From the NCBI GenBank assembly GCA_044070495.1, contig JBIPSI010000012.1, positions 32,001-96,000 on the forward strand: a DNA stretch of 64,000 nt, written 5' to 3'. This DNA comes from Spirulina sp. (GTDB taxonomy: Bacteria; Cyanobacteriota; Cyanobacteriia; Phormidesmidales; Phormidesmidaceae). Shown here piece after piece: positions 10,496 through 19,167 of this stretch (the stretch's first letter is position 1; every line of letters starts with the position of its first letter). The translations under genes and the position numbers were made by a program. Below the pieces are notes generated by a model. It worked only from the letters and a program-made list of their open reading frames with translations, made no database searches and had not been told where the DNA came from.

Positions 10496-11584
10496 GTGCT
10501 GTTTGAATCGAAGGGTCGAGAGCCTGTGGTTGCCGTTAACGACATCTACCTCCTACGCAATATTTGGTACCACGCCATACCCAGCGCCGACCTCAAGCGC
10601 GGCAAAATGGTGGCCAAGACCCTATTGAACGAGCCGATTTTATTGGGCCGCACCAACCAGGGCAAAGCCTTTGCCATTCGAGACATTTGCCCCCACCGAG
10701 CAGTGCCCCTAAGCTGCGGCTGGTACGATGGCGAGACCGTGCAGTGCTGCTACCACGGCTGGCGCTTTGATGAGCATGGCAAGTGTACCGAAATCCCCTC
10801 CCTGATGCCAGAACAGGAGATGGATTTGAGCCGCTTTGATGTGCGGGGCTACGAGGTCAAAGAGGTGCAGGGCAACGTTTGGGTGTACATCCCCGACCCC
10901 GACCGCAGCAAGGCGCAACCGCCCCGGTTTGATGTGCCCAGGGTGCCCGGTTTTGGCGATGAGGTGGCCCCCAACGTCACCTATACCATGCGTTTTCCCT
11001 GCTACATCGACCATGCCGTGGTGGGGTTGATGGATCCGGCCCACTCGCCCTTTGTCCATCGATCTTGGTGGTGGCGGGGCGGCACCCTGAATGACGAAAT
11101 CAAATGGTTCGACCCCTCGCCCTACGGTTTCACCATGCGCAAGCACCAGATGCCGGAACACATGGGCCGAGGCTATTGGCTGATTGGCGGCGTGCCCGAA
11201 AACGAGATTATCTTTTACCTGCCGGGGGTGCGCACCGAAGAAACCACCACCGCCAAGAACCGAGTAGTGAACCTGACGACCGTAACACCCCTCACCGACG
11301 ACCAAACCGATGTCACCTTTCAGTTGTATTGGGATATCCCCTGGGGCAACCTGCTAAAGCCGATTTTACCGACCCTGATTCGCTCCTTTTTGGGGCAGGA
11401 TCGGGATGTGGTGATCAAGCAGCAGGAGGGCCTAAAGCACGAATCGGTGCTGCGGCTGATTAAGGACTCCGATACCCTGGCCCGTTGGTACTACCAGCTT
11501 AAAAAGGAATACCAGCGCTCCCAGGACGAAGCGCGAGAGTTTGTCACCCCCGTCAAAACGCAACTCCTCAAGTGGCGGGCCTAG
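10496..11584 (+). CDS. Rieske non-heme iron oxygenase, alpha subunit (VanA/PaO-like)
   Basis: Rieske ligands CPHR...CCYHG and mononuclear Fe motif DPAHSPFVH. The start may be the GTG at 10526. Confidence 0.9.
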   Translation: MLFESKGREPVVAVNDIYLLRNIWYHAIPSADLKRGKMVAKTLLNEPILLGRTNQGKAFAIRDICPHRAVPLSCGWYDGETVQCCYHGWRFDEHGKCTEIPSLMPEQEMDLSRFDVRGYEVKEVQGNVWVYIPDPDRSKAQPPRFDVPRVPGFGDEVAPNVTYTMRFPCYIDHAVVGLMDPAHSPFVHRSWWWRGGTLNDEIKWFDPSPYGFTMRKHQMPEHMGRGYWLIGGVPENEIIFYLPGVRTEETTTAKNRVVNLTTVTPLTDDQTDVTFQLYWDIPWGNLLKPILPTLIRSFLGQDRDVVIKQQEGLKHESVLRLIKDSDTLARWYYQLKKEYQRSQDEAREFVTPVKTQLLKWRA

Positions 11585-11731
11585 CCATGCAACGCAGTAG
11601 GTCGGCAAAATCTTGATGGGATGCTCTATACGATACGGTTAGAGACCGTGTGCGCCGGGAGCCTGGTGCGCTCAACCATAGGAATGTATCCCATGCCCAG
11701 GGCCATTGGCTAGCATAGAACCACCCTACCG

Positions 11732-11851
11732 ATGGCCCGTCCCATGACGACCTCTCCCCTAACTTCCGTTCAATCGGCCAAACCCACGGTGGCCCCACCC
11801 GTGGAAAGCGGCGACCGCCTGACTCGCCCAGAGAGCGATGAAGCGTGGTGA
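11732..11851 (+). pseudogene. Truncated Uma2 (DUF820) endonuclease remnant
   Basis: 39-codon ORF containing PPVESGDRLTRPE, resembling the Uma2 N-terminal PPLENGDRLTRxEF, then an early TGA. Confidence 0.55.
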
Positions 11852-11945
11852 GATCTATTACGCCAATCTGGATCCCACGGTGGGGTCGGCCTTGAAGCAC
11901 TTTCTACACCAGGAGGTTGGCATTCGCAATGGGTCACTGCGTCAA

Positions 11946-14495
11946 TCAATTCTGGGTGAGTAATTTTTTAATCCGCTGCTTCAAAATCGACCAATTGACG
12001 GGTTTGGTAATGTAGTCGGTTGCGCCTGCGGCAAAGGCATTTTCGACGGAGGTTTCATCGTCCAGGGCGGTGATCATCAAGATGGGCGTTTGACAACTCT
12101 GCTGAGTGAGTAGTGAACCCTGAATTTGGCCCTGAATTTGCTCGGCATAGCCTAAGTCCTCGGTGGCTTGCAGCAGACGAATGTGCTGACAGCAGGTGAA
12201 GCCGTTCATTTCGGGCATCATGGCATCGAGGAGAACGAGGTCGGGGGACTCTTGTTGGTAACGTTCTAGGGCTTCTTGGCCGTTGGTGGCTTCGATGGTG
12301 CGGTAGCCCGCTTGTTGAACCGCCATGGTCAGCAAGCGACGGAGAGATCGGTCATCGTCTACAACCAGCACGAGGGGCGCATCGATAGAGGTAGGCATGG
12401 TAGGTGCAGGTAAAGGCTCAAGCAAAAACGAAAAGGGGTTTCTGTGGGCCAGTAGGCGGGTGATGACAGAGGCTGGCTCCGGTTTTGAGAAGCCGTAGCC
12501 CTGGCCGTAGGTCATCCCCATCTCGCGGGTGCGGCGGTGCTGAAAGGCCGTTTCGATGCCCATGGCCACGAGGTCAATGTGTAGATCGTGGGACATGATA
12601 ATTAGGCTTTTCAGCCATTCCGCCAGTTTGGGGTCAATATCCAGACGATTGACGGTTTTGGCATCAACTTTGAGGCTGTTGACCGGGAACCGATGCAAAA
12701 AGCTGAGGGAGGCGTAGCGGGTGCCGATGCCATCAATACAGATTTGAATGCCCCGCGCCTGCAATTGCATCCATACTCCCATGGTGGCTGAGGTATCTGT
12801 AACGATGGTGTGGTCTTTGATCTCCAGTACCAGGTCGTCTCCCCGCAGGTGGTGGGTGGCCAAGGCCCGGTCTAGGTGGGTCATCAGATCGAGATGGAGA
12901 AATTGTTGGGTGGAGAGGTTGACACTGAGGCGAACCCGCTGTTCCGGGAACTGCTGCCGCCAGGTGGCCAACTGCTGGCAGGCCTGATCTAGCACCCACC
13001 AGCCCAGGGGAATCATCAGATGGGTGTCTTTGGCCGCGGAGAGAAAGTCTTCGGGGGGCAGCATTCCTCTCTGGGGATGGTGCCACCGCACCAGGGCTTC
13101 TAGGGTGTCGATGCGTCCATTGCCCAGATTTACGATGGGCTGGTAGTAGAGTTCAAATTCATGCTTTTCCAAGGCCTGGTAGAGGTCAGCATTTTTGACC
13201 ACGGCCCGCTGAATTAGGCGGTAGTACTGGCGGCTGATGGCCTCGACGGTAAAGTTTTCGCGGATAAAGCGGTGCCCCGACAGGCCCAATTGCTGGGTGG
13301 CTTCCCCATCTTTCATCAGGTAGCGGATGTAGCTGGCGAGGCCCTGGCTATCGCCATTGCTGAAGGCGGCTCCGCAGTGCGCCTGGGACACCAGCCCCCG
13401 CAGGTAGGAATGGCCTTCGCAAAGGATCGCCACCGGCCTGCCGGAGGACAGGGCCGAGTAGAACTTACTGGGGGCCACCAGCCCTTCCATATCGGTGTCG
13501 ATGCTGACCAGGTGCAGGTCGCAGGCGGTGAGGGACTGGGGCAGCAGGGCTTTGTCTTGATAGGGCAGGAAACGGCAGTTGGTGAGACCGAGGTCTTCGA
13601 CCTGCCGCTGGGTGATCTCCCGTTTGGGGCCACCGCCAATGAAGAGGAACTGCACCGGATCATCCCGCAGGGCTTGGGCCGCACCGAGGATGGTGTCCAT
13701 GTCGTGGCAGCGGCCCATATTGCCGGAGTAGAGCACGGTGAAGACTTGGTCGGTGCTATGGACTTGGGCGAAGTCATTGTCCGCCTTGGCCAAGGGTTTC
13801 ACCCAGTCCGGGTCTGACCAGTTGTGGATCACGGTGATGTGATCCCCTAGGGTGGGATGTTTGGCCCCAATCCGCGCCTTCATGGTTTCGCAGGGCACAA
13901 TGATGGCCTCCGCCCGCTGCCACACCCGACGATTCACCGCATCCCACAGGCGCACCACCCCGTGATGGGGGGGCAGCATTCCCAGCCCCGTCACCACATC
14001 GGGATAGAGGTCGTAGACCAGGGCCGCGTAGGCCGTACCAAAAAGTAGGCTAAACAGAAACCCCACCACCTGCACGTAGGGCGGCTCGCTGACGAACAGG
14101 ACAATATCCCCCCGGTTGCGCTTGTTCAGCAGGTGCCAGGCCGTATGCAGGCAAAAGGCCAAACTGCTGAGGGTGCGGCCCTTCATACTGCGGGAACGGC
14201 TGCGCAAAAAGTTGGAGCGAGTGATATGAACCGGGCCTTTCTGCTCTTCGGCGGGGGCTTCGGCCACCTCAAAGGCATAGCTGGGCTGGCCCGTAAACAC
14301 CCTTACCTCAAACCCCTGCTGGCCTAGGTGGGTGGCCAACTCGTCCATATACTGCCCGGTAGCGGCAAAGTCAGGCGGGAAAAACTGGGTGACAATGGTG
14401 AGCCGAAGCGGGCGATGGTCATGCTCTGGATGGCTTTCCAGCGGTGGTTGCGATGACGCATTCGGTCGGAAGCACTGATTCAGGAATTTAAACAT
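11946..14495 (-). CDS. GT4 (WbuB-like) glycosyltransferase fused to a degenerate EAL domain and a receiver domain
   Basis: TQFFPPDFAATG, LYSGNMGRCH, PSKFYSAL; then YYQPIV...EALVRW...QGYGFSKP; then VLVVDDD...LLDAMMP...DYITKP. One continuous frame; ATG 14495 avoids overlap with the upstream gene. Confidence 0.85.
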   Translation of the reverse strand: MFKFLNQCFRPNASSQPPLESHPEHDHRPLRLTIVTQFFPPDFAATGQYMDELATHLGQQGFEVRVFTGQPSYAFEVAEAPAEEQKGPVHITRSNFLRSRSRSMKGRTLSSLAFCLHTAWHLLNKRNRGDIVLFVSEPPYVQVVGFLFSLLFGTAYAALVYDLYPDVVTGLGMLPPHHGVVRLWDAVNRRVWQRAEAIIVPCETMKARIGAKHPTLGDHITVIHNWSDPDWVKPLAKADNDFAQVHSTDQVFTVLYSGNMGRCHDMDTILGAAQALRDDPVQFLFIGGGPKREITQRQVEDLGLTNCRFLPYQDKALLPQSLTACDLHLVSIDTDMEGLVAPSKFYSALSSGRPVAILCEGHSYLRGLVSQAHCGAAFSNGDSQGLASYIRYLMKDGEATQQLGLSGHRFIRENFTVEAISRQYYRLIQRAVVKNADLYQALEKHEFELYYQPIVNLGNGRIDTLEALVRWHHPQRGMLPPEDFLSAAKDTHLMIPLGWWVLDQACQQLATWRQQFPEQRVRLSVNLSTQQFLHLDLMTHLDRALATHHLRGDDLVLEIKDHTIVTDTSATMGVWMQLQARGIQICIDGIGTRYASLSFLHRFPVNSLKVDAKTVNRLDIDPKLAEWLKSLIIMSHDLHIDLVAMGIETAFQHRRTREMGMTYGQGYGFSKPEPASVITRLLAHRNPFSFLLEPLPAPTMPTSIDAPLVLVVDDDRSLRRLLTMAVQQAGYRTIEATNGQEALERYQQESPDLVLLDAMMPEMNGFTCCQHIRLLQATEDLGYAEQIQGQIQGSLLTQQSCQTPILMITALDDETSVENAFAAGATDYITKPVNWSILKQRIKKLLTQN

Positions 14496-14551
14496 GGTGT
14501 TGCCAGGGGAAGAAAATAGGGCGGATGGGGCAATAAGCCCATGGGTCAACG

Positions 14552-15361
14552 CTAAAGGGGGGGCGTCTGCGTTTGGGTTTGCATTGATGGCGTCGTTTTC
14601 CGAGACCGCCCCCAGCCCCATCGCCGCCCGATGACCATCGCCCCAATTACCAAAAGACCAGCGGCACTGTGCATTTCAAAGGGAACGGCCTGGGCCTGGG
14701 CATCCCTTAAGTTAATGCTCGGATCTTGACCCAGGTTGGCCGTGGTAAAAATCGCCCTAAAGTTTTCCACGCCAACATCAATGGCGATGATGCCGTCGTT
14801 AAAGTCGTTGTCACTGCCGCGACCAGCGATATCTTCATAGCCCAGCAAAATGATGGGTCTGGTCGCCTTAGGATCCGCGTAAGCCGTCCAGAAAATCGGA
14901 CTGTTGGGATTGTAAGGATCGGTCGGGTTAAGGGTGTAGTCCGTACTTAAGGGCGCTCTACTGGAACTAACGACACCATTGGGGGTGACCGAAAAGTGAA
15001 GCTGAGTTCCCGCCTGAATTTCCGACATCTGCACCCAGTCGCCCACCCGTAGCGGAGCATTGCTACTGGGCAGAATGCTATTGCTACCCGACAGGTTAGA
15101 AAATACCGTGACTTCGCCCGTGGTAGCGCCCGCCGCCGTCATCGAAACCGGAGACTGATAGCCCGCCCCTTCATTAATAAAGGCAATACGGGGAGCGTAG
15201 TTATAGGGCAGATACAGATCGCTACTGTCGATCAGCCAGAGATTGCTGTCTGTCAGGTTAAGCGAAACCCGCTCCTGGGTGCCTAAGTTGGAATATTTCG
15301 TCAGGTCAAACCAGGTAGAACCGGGTACATAGCTTTGGATAGGGCCAACGGATAGAGACAT
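14552..15361 (-). CDS. VPFE-CTERM (PEP-CTERM variant) exosortase target with a DUF4114-like domain
   Basis: FINEGAGY, GYEDIAGRGSDNDFND; C-terminus VPFEMHSAAGLLVIGAMVIGRRWGWGRSRK. The track's N-terminal extension is translated repeat. Confidence 0.8.
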   Translation of the reverse strand: MSLSVGPIQSYVPGSTWFDLTKYSNLGTQERVSLNLTDSNLWLIDSSDLYLPYNYAPRIAFINEGAGYQSPVSMTAAGATTGEVTVFSNLSGSNSILPSSNAPLRVGDWVQMSEIQAGTQLHFSVTPNGVVSSSRAPLSTDYTLNPTDPYNPNSPIFWTAYADPKATRPIILLGYEDIAGRGSDNDFNDGIIAIDVGVENFRAIFTTANLGQDPSINLRDAQAQAVPFEMHSAAGLLVIGAMVIGRRWGWGRSRKTTPSMQTQTQTPPL

Positions 15362-15414
15362 AGGTGGGTGGGGTGGTGGGGTGATGGGTGGTGGGGTGGT
15401 GGGGTGGTGGGGCC

Positions 15415-15435
15415 GTAGGGTGGGCACTGCCCACC
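15415..15435 (+). repeat. GTAG-type REP GTAGGGTGGGCACTGCCCACC (also 16317, 16348, 31409, 35732, 35778, 40764, 41917)
   Basis: Eight near-identical 21-mers: GTAG tail plus the GGTGGGCA-N-TGCCCACC palindrome. Confidence 0.9.
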
Positions 15436-15480
15436 AGCTTTAATTCATGGAGACTGAAGCCTCAATTCAACGATCTGGCC

Positions 15481-16221
15481 TTAAGGCTGAGCCACAGGTC
15501 GGCGACGACGCCACCAGCCGCTGCGGCGCACGATGACAATAGCCCCAAGGGTGAGCAGCCCCAGACTGGTGTGAAGTTCAAAGGGAACGGGTTTCACCTC
15601 TCCAGGGATGTCCGGGGTGCCGTCCAATCCGCCCGTGGTTGGCGTACCAGAACCACCGCCATCTCCGGTGCCGACACCATCTCCCCCATCGGTAATCGAC
15701 GGGTCATCCGTGCCGCCCCCCGTGAAGCTGCCGGTGGATCCGGTACCCGATGTTGTGGTGCTGGTTCCAGAGGTACCCCCGAAATTCGTCAGAGTCGTCG
15801 GACTCAAACCGCCGCCGCTATTAGAAATCAGCGTAGCGCTGCTCTGGGTGCCGCCCTGCACCTCCAGGAGAGGCGAACCGTCACTGAGCTGTAGGGCAGA
15901 ACTGTTGGTGTACAAAACACTGTCGGCGGTCGGGGTGCTGCCGTAGATGGTGACGTTGCCCGTGGTTGAGGCCATGGTGGTCGAGGCCATCGGGGCCAGA
16001 TAGCCCTCGGTATCCGTTGTCGGGCTAGCGGAATACAGGGCCAGTAGGCTTAGATCGTCAGTACTGCTCTGCTTTAAGGCCGTGCTGTCCACCAGCCAGA
16101 GATTGCTGTCTGACAGACTGAGGGACTCTCGTTCATCGGTGCCTAGGTTGCCGTACTGGGTTTCATAAAACTCAGTGGAGCCGGGAACGTAGGTTTCAAT
16201 GGTGCCAACGGATAGGGTCAT
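15481..16221 (-). CDS. VPFE-CTERM exosortase target, Gly/Thr/Ser-rich; paralogue of 14552-15361
   Basis: N-terminus MTLSVGTIETYVPGST...DSNLWLVDS matches the neighbour; C-terminus VPFELHTSLGLLTLGAIVIVRRSGWWRRRR. Confidence 0.8.
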   Translation of the reverse strand: MTLSVGTIETYVPGSTEFYETQYGNLGTDERESLSLSDSNLWLVDSTALKQSSTDDLSLLALYSASPTTDTEGYLAPMASTTMASTTGNVTIYGSTPTADSVLYTNSSALQLSDGSPLLEVQGGTQSSATLISNSGGGLSPTTLTNFGGTSGTSTTTSGTGSTGSFTGGGTDDPSITDGGDGVGTGDGGGSGTPTTGGLDGTPDIPGEVKPVPFELHTSLGLLTLGAIVIVRRSGWWRRRRPVAQP

Positions 16222-16228
16222 GGGTGAG

Positions 16229-16312
16229 GTGAAGGGTGAAGGGTGAAGGGTGAAGGGTGAAGGGTGAAGGGTGAAGGGTGAAGGGTGAAGGGTGAAGAGT
16301 GAAGAGTGAAGA
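16229..16312. repeat. Heptamer tandem repeat (GTGAAGG)x9 + (GTGAAGA)x3, STRR-like
   Basis: Read directly. Related tracts near 15363-15411, 18069-18110, 40615-40760 and 51235-51300. Confidence 0.95.
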
Positions 16313-16405
16313 AGCCGTAGGGTGGGCACTGCCCACCAGAAGAAACCGTAGGGTGGGCAGTGCCCACCAGCCTTAATTCATGGTGATTTGACGTTCCCCC
16401 TGGGG

Positions 16406-17020
16406 CTAAACATCCCTAAAACCTGCGCCTAAACTGGCACCGCTCCAGCCGGTGGTGAGCCAAAGCCAGGAGCGCAGCACATCGCGACAGATGCGGAGGG
16501 GCGATTCGGCGGGCTCCATGGAGGGGGCAACGATGGGGGTAAAGGCGATGCGGTGGCTGCCGAGGATGACGGTGGCAATGGCGCGGGCACGGGGCATGTG
16601 GTAATCGGAGGTGATCAGGTAGAGGTGATGCACATGGTTTTGTTGGAGGGTTTTCACCAGGGTGGTGAAGTTGCTGACCGTATCAACGGCCTGGTAGTCG
16701 AGGGTGACGCGATCCCGGCTCACCCCTAGGGCGTCAAAAATGGGATAGGCCTGATCTGGCCCCAAGCCGGAGGATGACCACACCCGTAAGCTGGGGTGCA
16801 ACCTGGCCCATCGGGCGGCAGTGGCTTCTCGGTGGGGATGCCCACCCAGCACCAGAATGCTGTCGGGTGCGGGCCAGAGCACCTGGGCCAAGGCCAGGTT
16901 GATCGGCCCATACAGGATCAACACCCCCAGGCTGCCCAGCACGACCCGTCGCAGAAATGGCAGCCAGCGACGACTCCGAAGACTTCTCTGATGAGGGGTA
17001 GGGCGGCTGGATACAAACAT
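16406..17020 (-). CDS. YdcF/DUF218 family protein
   Basis: N-terminal TM helix, ILVLGG, DYQAVDTVSNF, LITSDYHMPRA. Start is uncertain. Confidence 0.85.
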   Translation of the reverse strand: MFVSSRPTPHQRSLRSRRWLPFLRRVVLGSLGVLILYGPINLALAQVLWPAPDSILVLGGHPHREATAARWARLHPSLRVWSSSGLGPDQAYPIFDALGVSRDRVTLDYQAVDTVSNFTTLVKTLQQNHVHHLYLITSDYHMPRARAIATVILGSHRIAFTPIVAPSMEPAESPLRICRDVLRSWLWLTTGWSGASLGAGFRDV

Positions 17021-17162
17021 GCCAAATTTCCATAACAACAAACCAAGCCTGTTCCTACTGTGCCGGGGGCATGATTGCGATCCCATTTGCTCTCTTCGCC
17101 AAACAACGCAAACCAGAACGCACACATGCCGTGGTTAGAGTTCTCTTATCGGTTATGAGGGC

Positions 17163-18053
17163 ATGTTTATGGCTTCTTCTTCGAGAGTGAATTCGTTTCG
17201 GGCCGATCCACCGACCTATGAAGATTCCTCCATCCTTAATCCATCGGATACCGTTAGCCAGACCATCACGATGGGACATCTCCTACGGCTGGCTAGGGTG
17301 GTGGGGTATGGCCTGCTGCTGTTGTCGTTTGTCGATTTTCTGTATGTGCTGATTCCTGCCGACTTTATGGATCCGGTTTGGGAATATCAGTTTACCGGTG
17401 ACTTAGTCAAATTGGTTCCAGTGCCCCTATTGGCCTTAGTTCTGGCGTTTTGGGGCGATAACGTCGAACGGCAGGATGTGGAGTGGCCTATCCTCAAGTT
17501 CCTGTCCTGGTTGACGCTGTTCTTCAGCATCACGCTGTTTCTGTTAATTCCCCTCACCGCCGCCAACACCCTGCGGATTCACCGCTTCAACAACGAGCAA
17601 ATCAGCACCCAAGTCAATCAGCAGCGCCAGCAAATTGAAGCCACCCGTGCCCAGCTCGAACAAGCAACGCCTCAGCAGTTGCAAAGCCTAGTGCTAACCC
17701 CCGATGCCCAGGGCCAACTGCCCAACGCCCCGGCCAACCCCGAAGATGCCCGCGCCCAAATTTTAGACAACCTCAACCAGGCAAAAGAACAGGCCGCCGC
17801 CCAGGCTAATCAGGCCCGCGCCAATGTGAAGCAAAACCTGATTAAAAACAGCTTGAAACTGATTGCAGAAAGTGCTTTAGGCAGCTTTTTGTTCCTCTAT
17901 GCTTGGTTGGTTAGCCGCTGGGCAAGACGGGGCAAGGGTACCCTTACGGCCAACACCAGTGAACCCCAGGTCAATCCCGCCACCGCCTTTGGTCGTCGGG
18001 TAGGGCGCATGGTGGGGCGCAAACCCAAACGCATGAAGCACCGCATTCGGTAG
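17163..18053 (+). CDS. HpsJ-like membrane protein associated with cyanoexosortase A
   Basis: GYGLLLLS...P..FMDPVWEYQ..GDLV..VPVPLL, three TM helices, a Gln-rich coiled coil and a final TM helix; directly upstream of the exosortase. Confidence 0.75.
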   Translation: MFMASSSRVNSFRADPPTYEDSSILNPSDTVSQTITMGHLLRLARVVGYGLLLLSFVDFLYVLIPADFMDPVWEYQFTGDLVKLVPVPLLALVLAFWGDNVERQDVEWPILKFLSWLTLFFSITLFLLIPLTAANTLRIHRFNNEQISTQVNQQRQQIEATRAQLEQATPQQLQSLVLTPDAQGQLPNAPANPEDARAQILDNLNQAKEQAAAQANQARANVKQNLIKNSLKLIAESALGSFLFLYAWLVSRWARRGKGTLTANTSEPQVNPATAFGRRVGRMVGRKPKRMKHRIR

Positions 18054-18111
18054 AGCCATCTAGTCCCCCCTTCACCCTTCACGCTTCCTCCTTCACCCTT
18101 CACCCCCTCCA

Positions 18112-18957
18112 ATGACAGATCCCCCCTTCACCTTCATCCCAATCCCTGTGCCACAAAGGATTGCTTTTCTAGGTCTGGGCCTAGTGGGTCTGCATATCGC
18201 TTTAATCGTCAGTGTCACGGGCAATGCCGATCAGGTGGTGTTGAGCCTGCTGTTTTGGGGAGCCATCGCCGACCAAGTCCGTCAGGGTGGCCCACTTCGG
18301 TGGGCGCGATCTCCCCTCGCTCGGATATTGGGCCTTGCACTGCTGGGTCTCCTTGGCCTGAAGTCCTTACCGATCCCCGCAACGGAATCGGCCTTTGTGA
18401 GGCTGTTTCCGTTGTTGGCCTTGGTGGGGTGGTCGCTGCTAGTGCGCCAGGGGAAAAACGGCCACGGCTGGAAGGTTTGGGCCTTAGTCGTGGCGCTCTC
18501 GGTGCCCCCCAGGGCGTTGCCGCTCGTTTTAGAAACGGTTTTGGATAGGCCGATCCGGGGGGCGACGGCGGCAGCAGCGGCCTTTGGCCTGCATTTTCTA
18601 GGATTCGATGTGGCGCAGCAGGGGACTTTCATCCAACTCCCTAGCGGCACCGTGGAGGTAGAGTTTGCCTGCACCGGGGCCGCTCTGCTGGGACTACTCC
18701 TACAGGTTTCGGTGCTGCTCGCCGTGGTGACAGCCTGGGCCAAGATCAGAGGGTTGATCCTGGGGTCGGTGGCCATTGCGGCCCTACTCAGCACCGTGCG
18801 CGTCGCCATTATGGCAGCGGTAGTGGGGAATGAAGCCCTCTTCCAGTTCTGGCATGGGTCTAGCGGGGGGCAACTGTTCACCCTCATCGCCCTAGCCATC
18901 CTCAGCTACAGAACCCTTGGGAAAGACGAACGATGGGCGACCCACAACGGTAGGTAG
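18112..18957 (+). CDS. crtA: Cyanoexosortase (A-like)
   Basis: Multi-TM protein with catalytic-type Cys (VEVEFACTG), Arg (STVRV) and His (FQFWHGSSGGQLF). Confidence 0.8.
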   Translation: MTDPPFTFIPIPVPQRIAFLGLGLVGLHIALIVSVTGNADQVVLSLLFWGAIADQVRQGGPLRWARSPLARILGLALLGLLGLKSLPIPATESAFVRLFPLLALVGWSLLVRQGKNGHGWKVWALVVALSVPPRALPLVLETVLDRPIRGATAAAAAFGLHFLGFDVAQQGTFIQLPSGTVEVEFACTGAALLGLLLQVSVLLAVVTAWAKIRGLILGSVAIAALLSTVRVAIMAAVVGNEALFQFWHGSSGGQLFTLIALAILSYRTLGKDERWATHNGR

Positions 18958-19007
18958 AACGCATTAGCCTGGCTGACTGACACAACCCCGAAAAGCATTG
19001 TTCTCTC

Positions 19008-19092
19008 GTAGGCTGGGTGGCGCGATAGCAGAACCCAACAAGCCCGAAATCTTCGGCGGGTATTGGGTTCCGCTTCGCTGCACCCAACCTAC
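19008..19092. repeat. REPIN-like inverted REP doublet (copies 53843-53926, 54965-55049, partial 48835-48880)
   Basis: gtaggctgggtggcgcgatagcagaacccaac...ttgggttccgcttcgctgcacccaacctac; close to the reverse complement of 54965-55049. Confidence 0.85.
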
Positions 19093-19167
19093 TGTAGAGA
19101 TGTGTCAGGCAATCAGCAAAAAGGCTATCGTCTAGATAGACCTACTCTTGCCCGGTTCAAAACTTTG

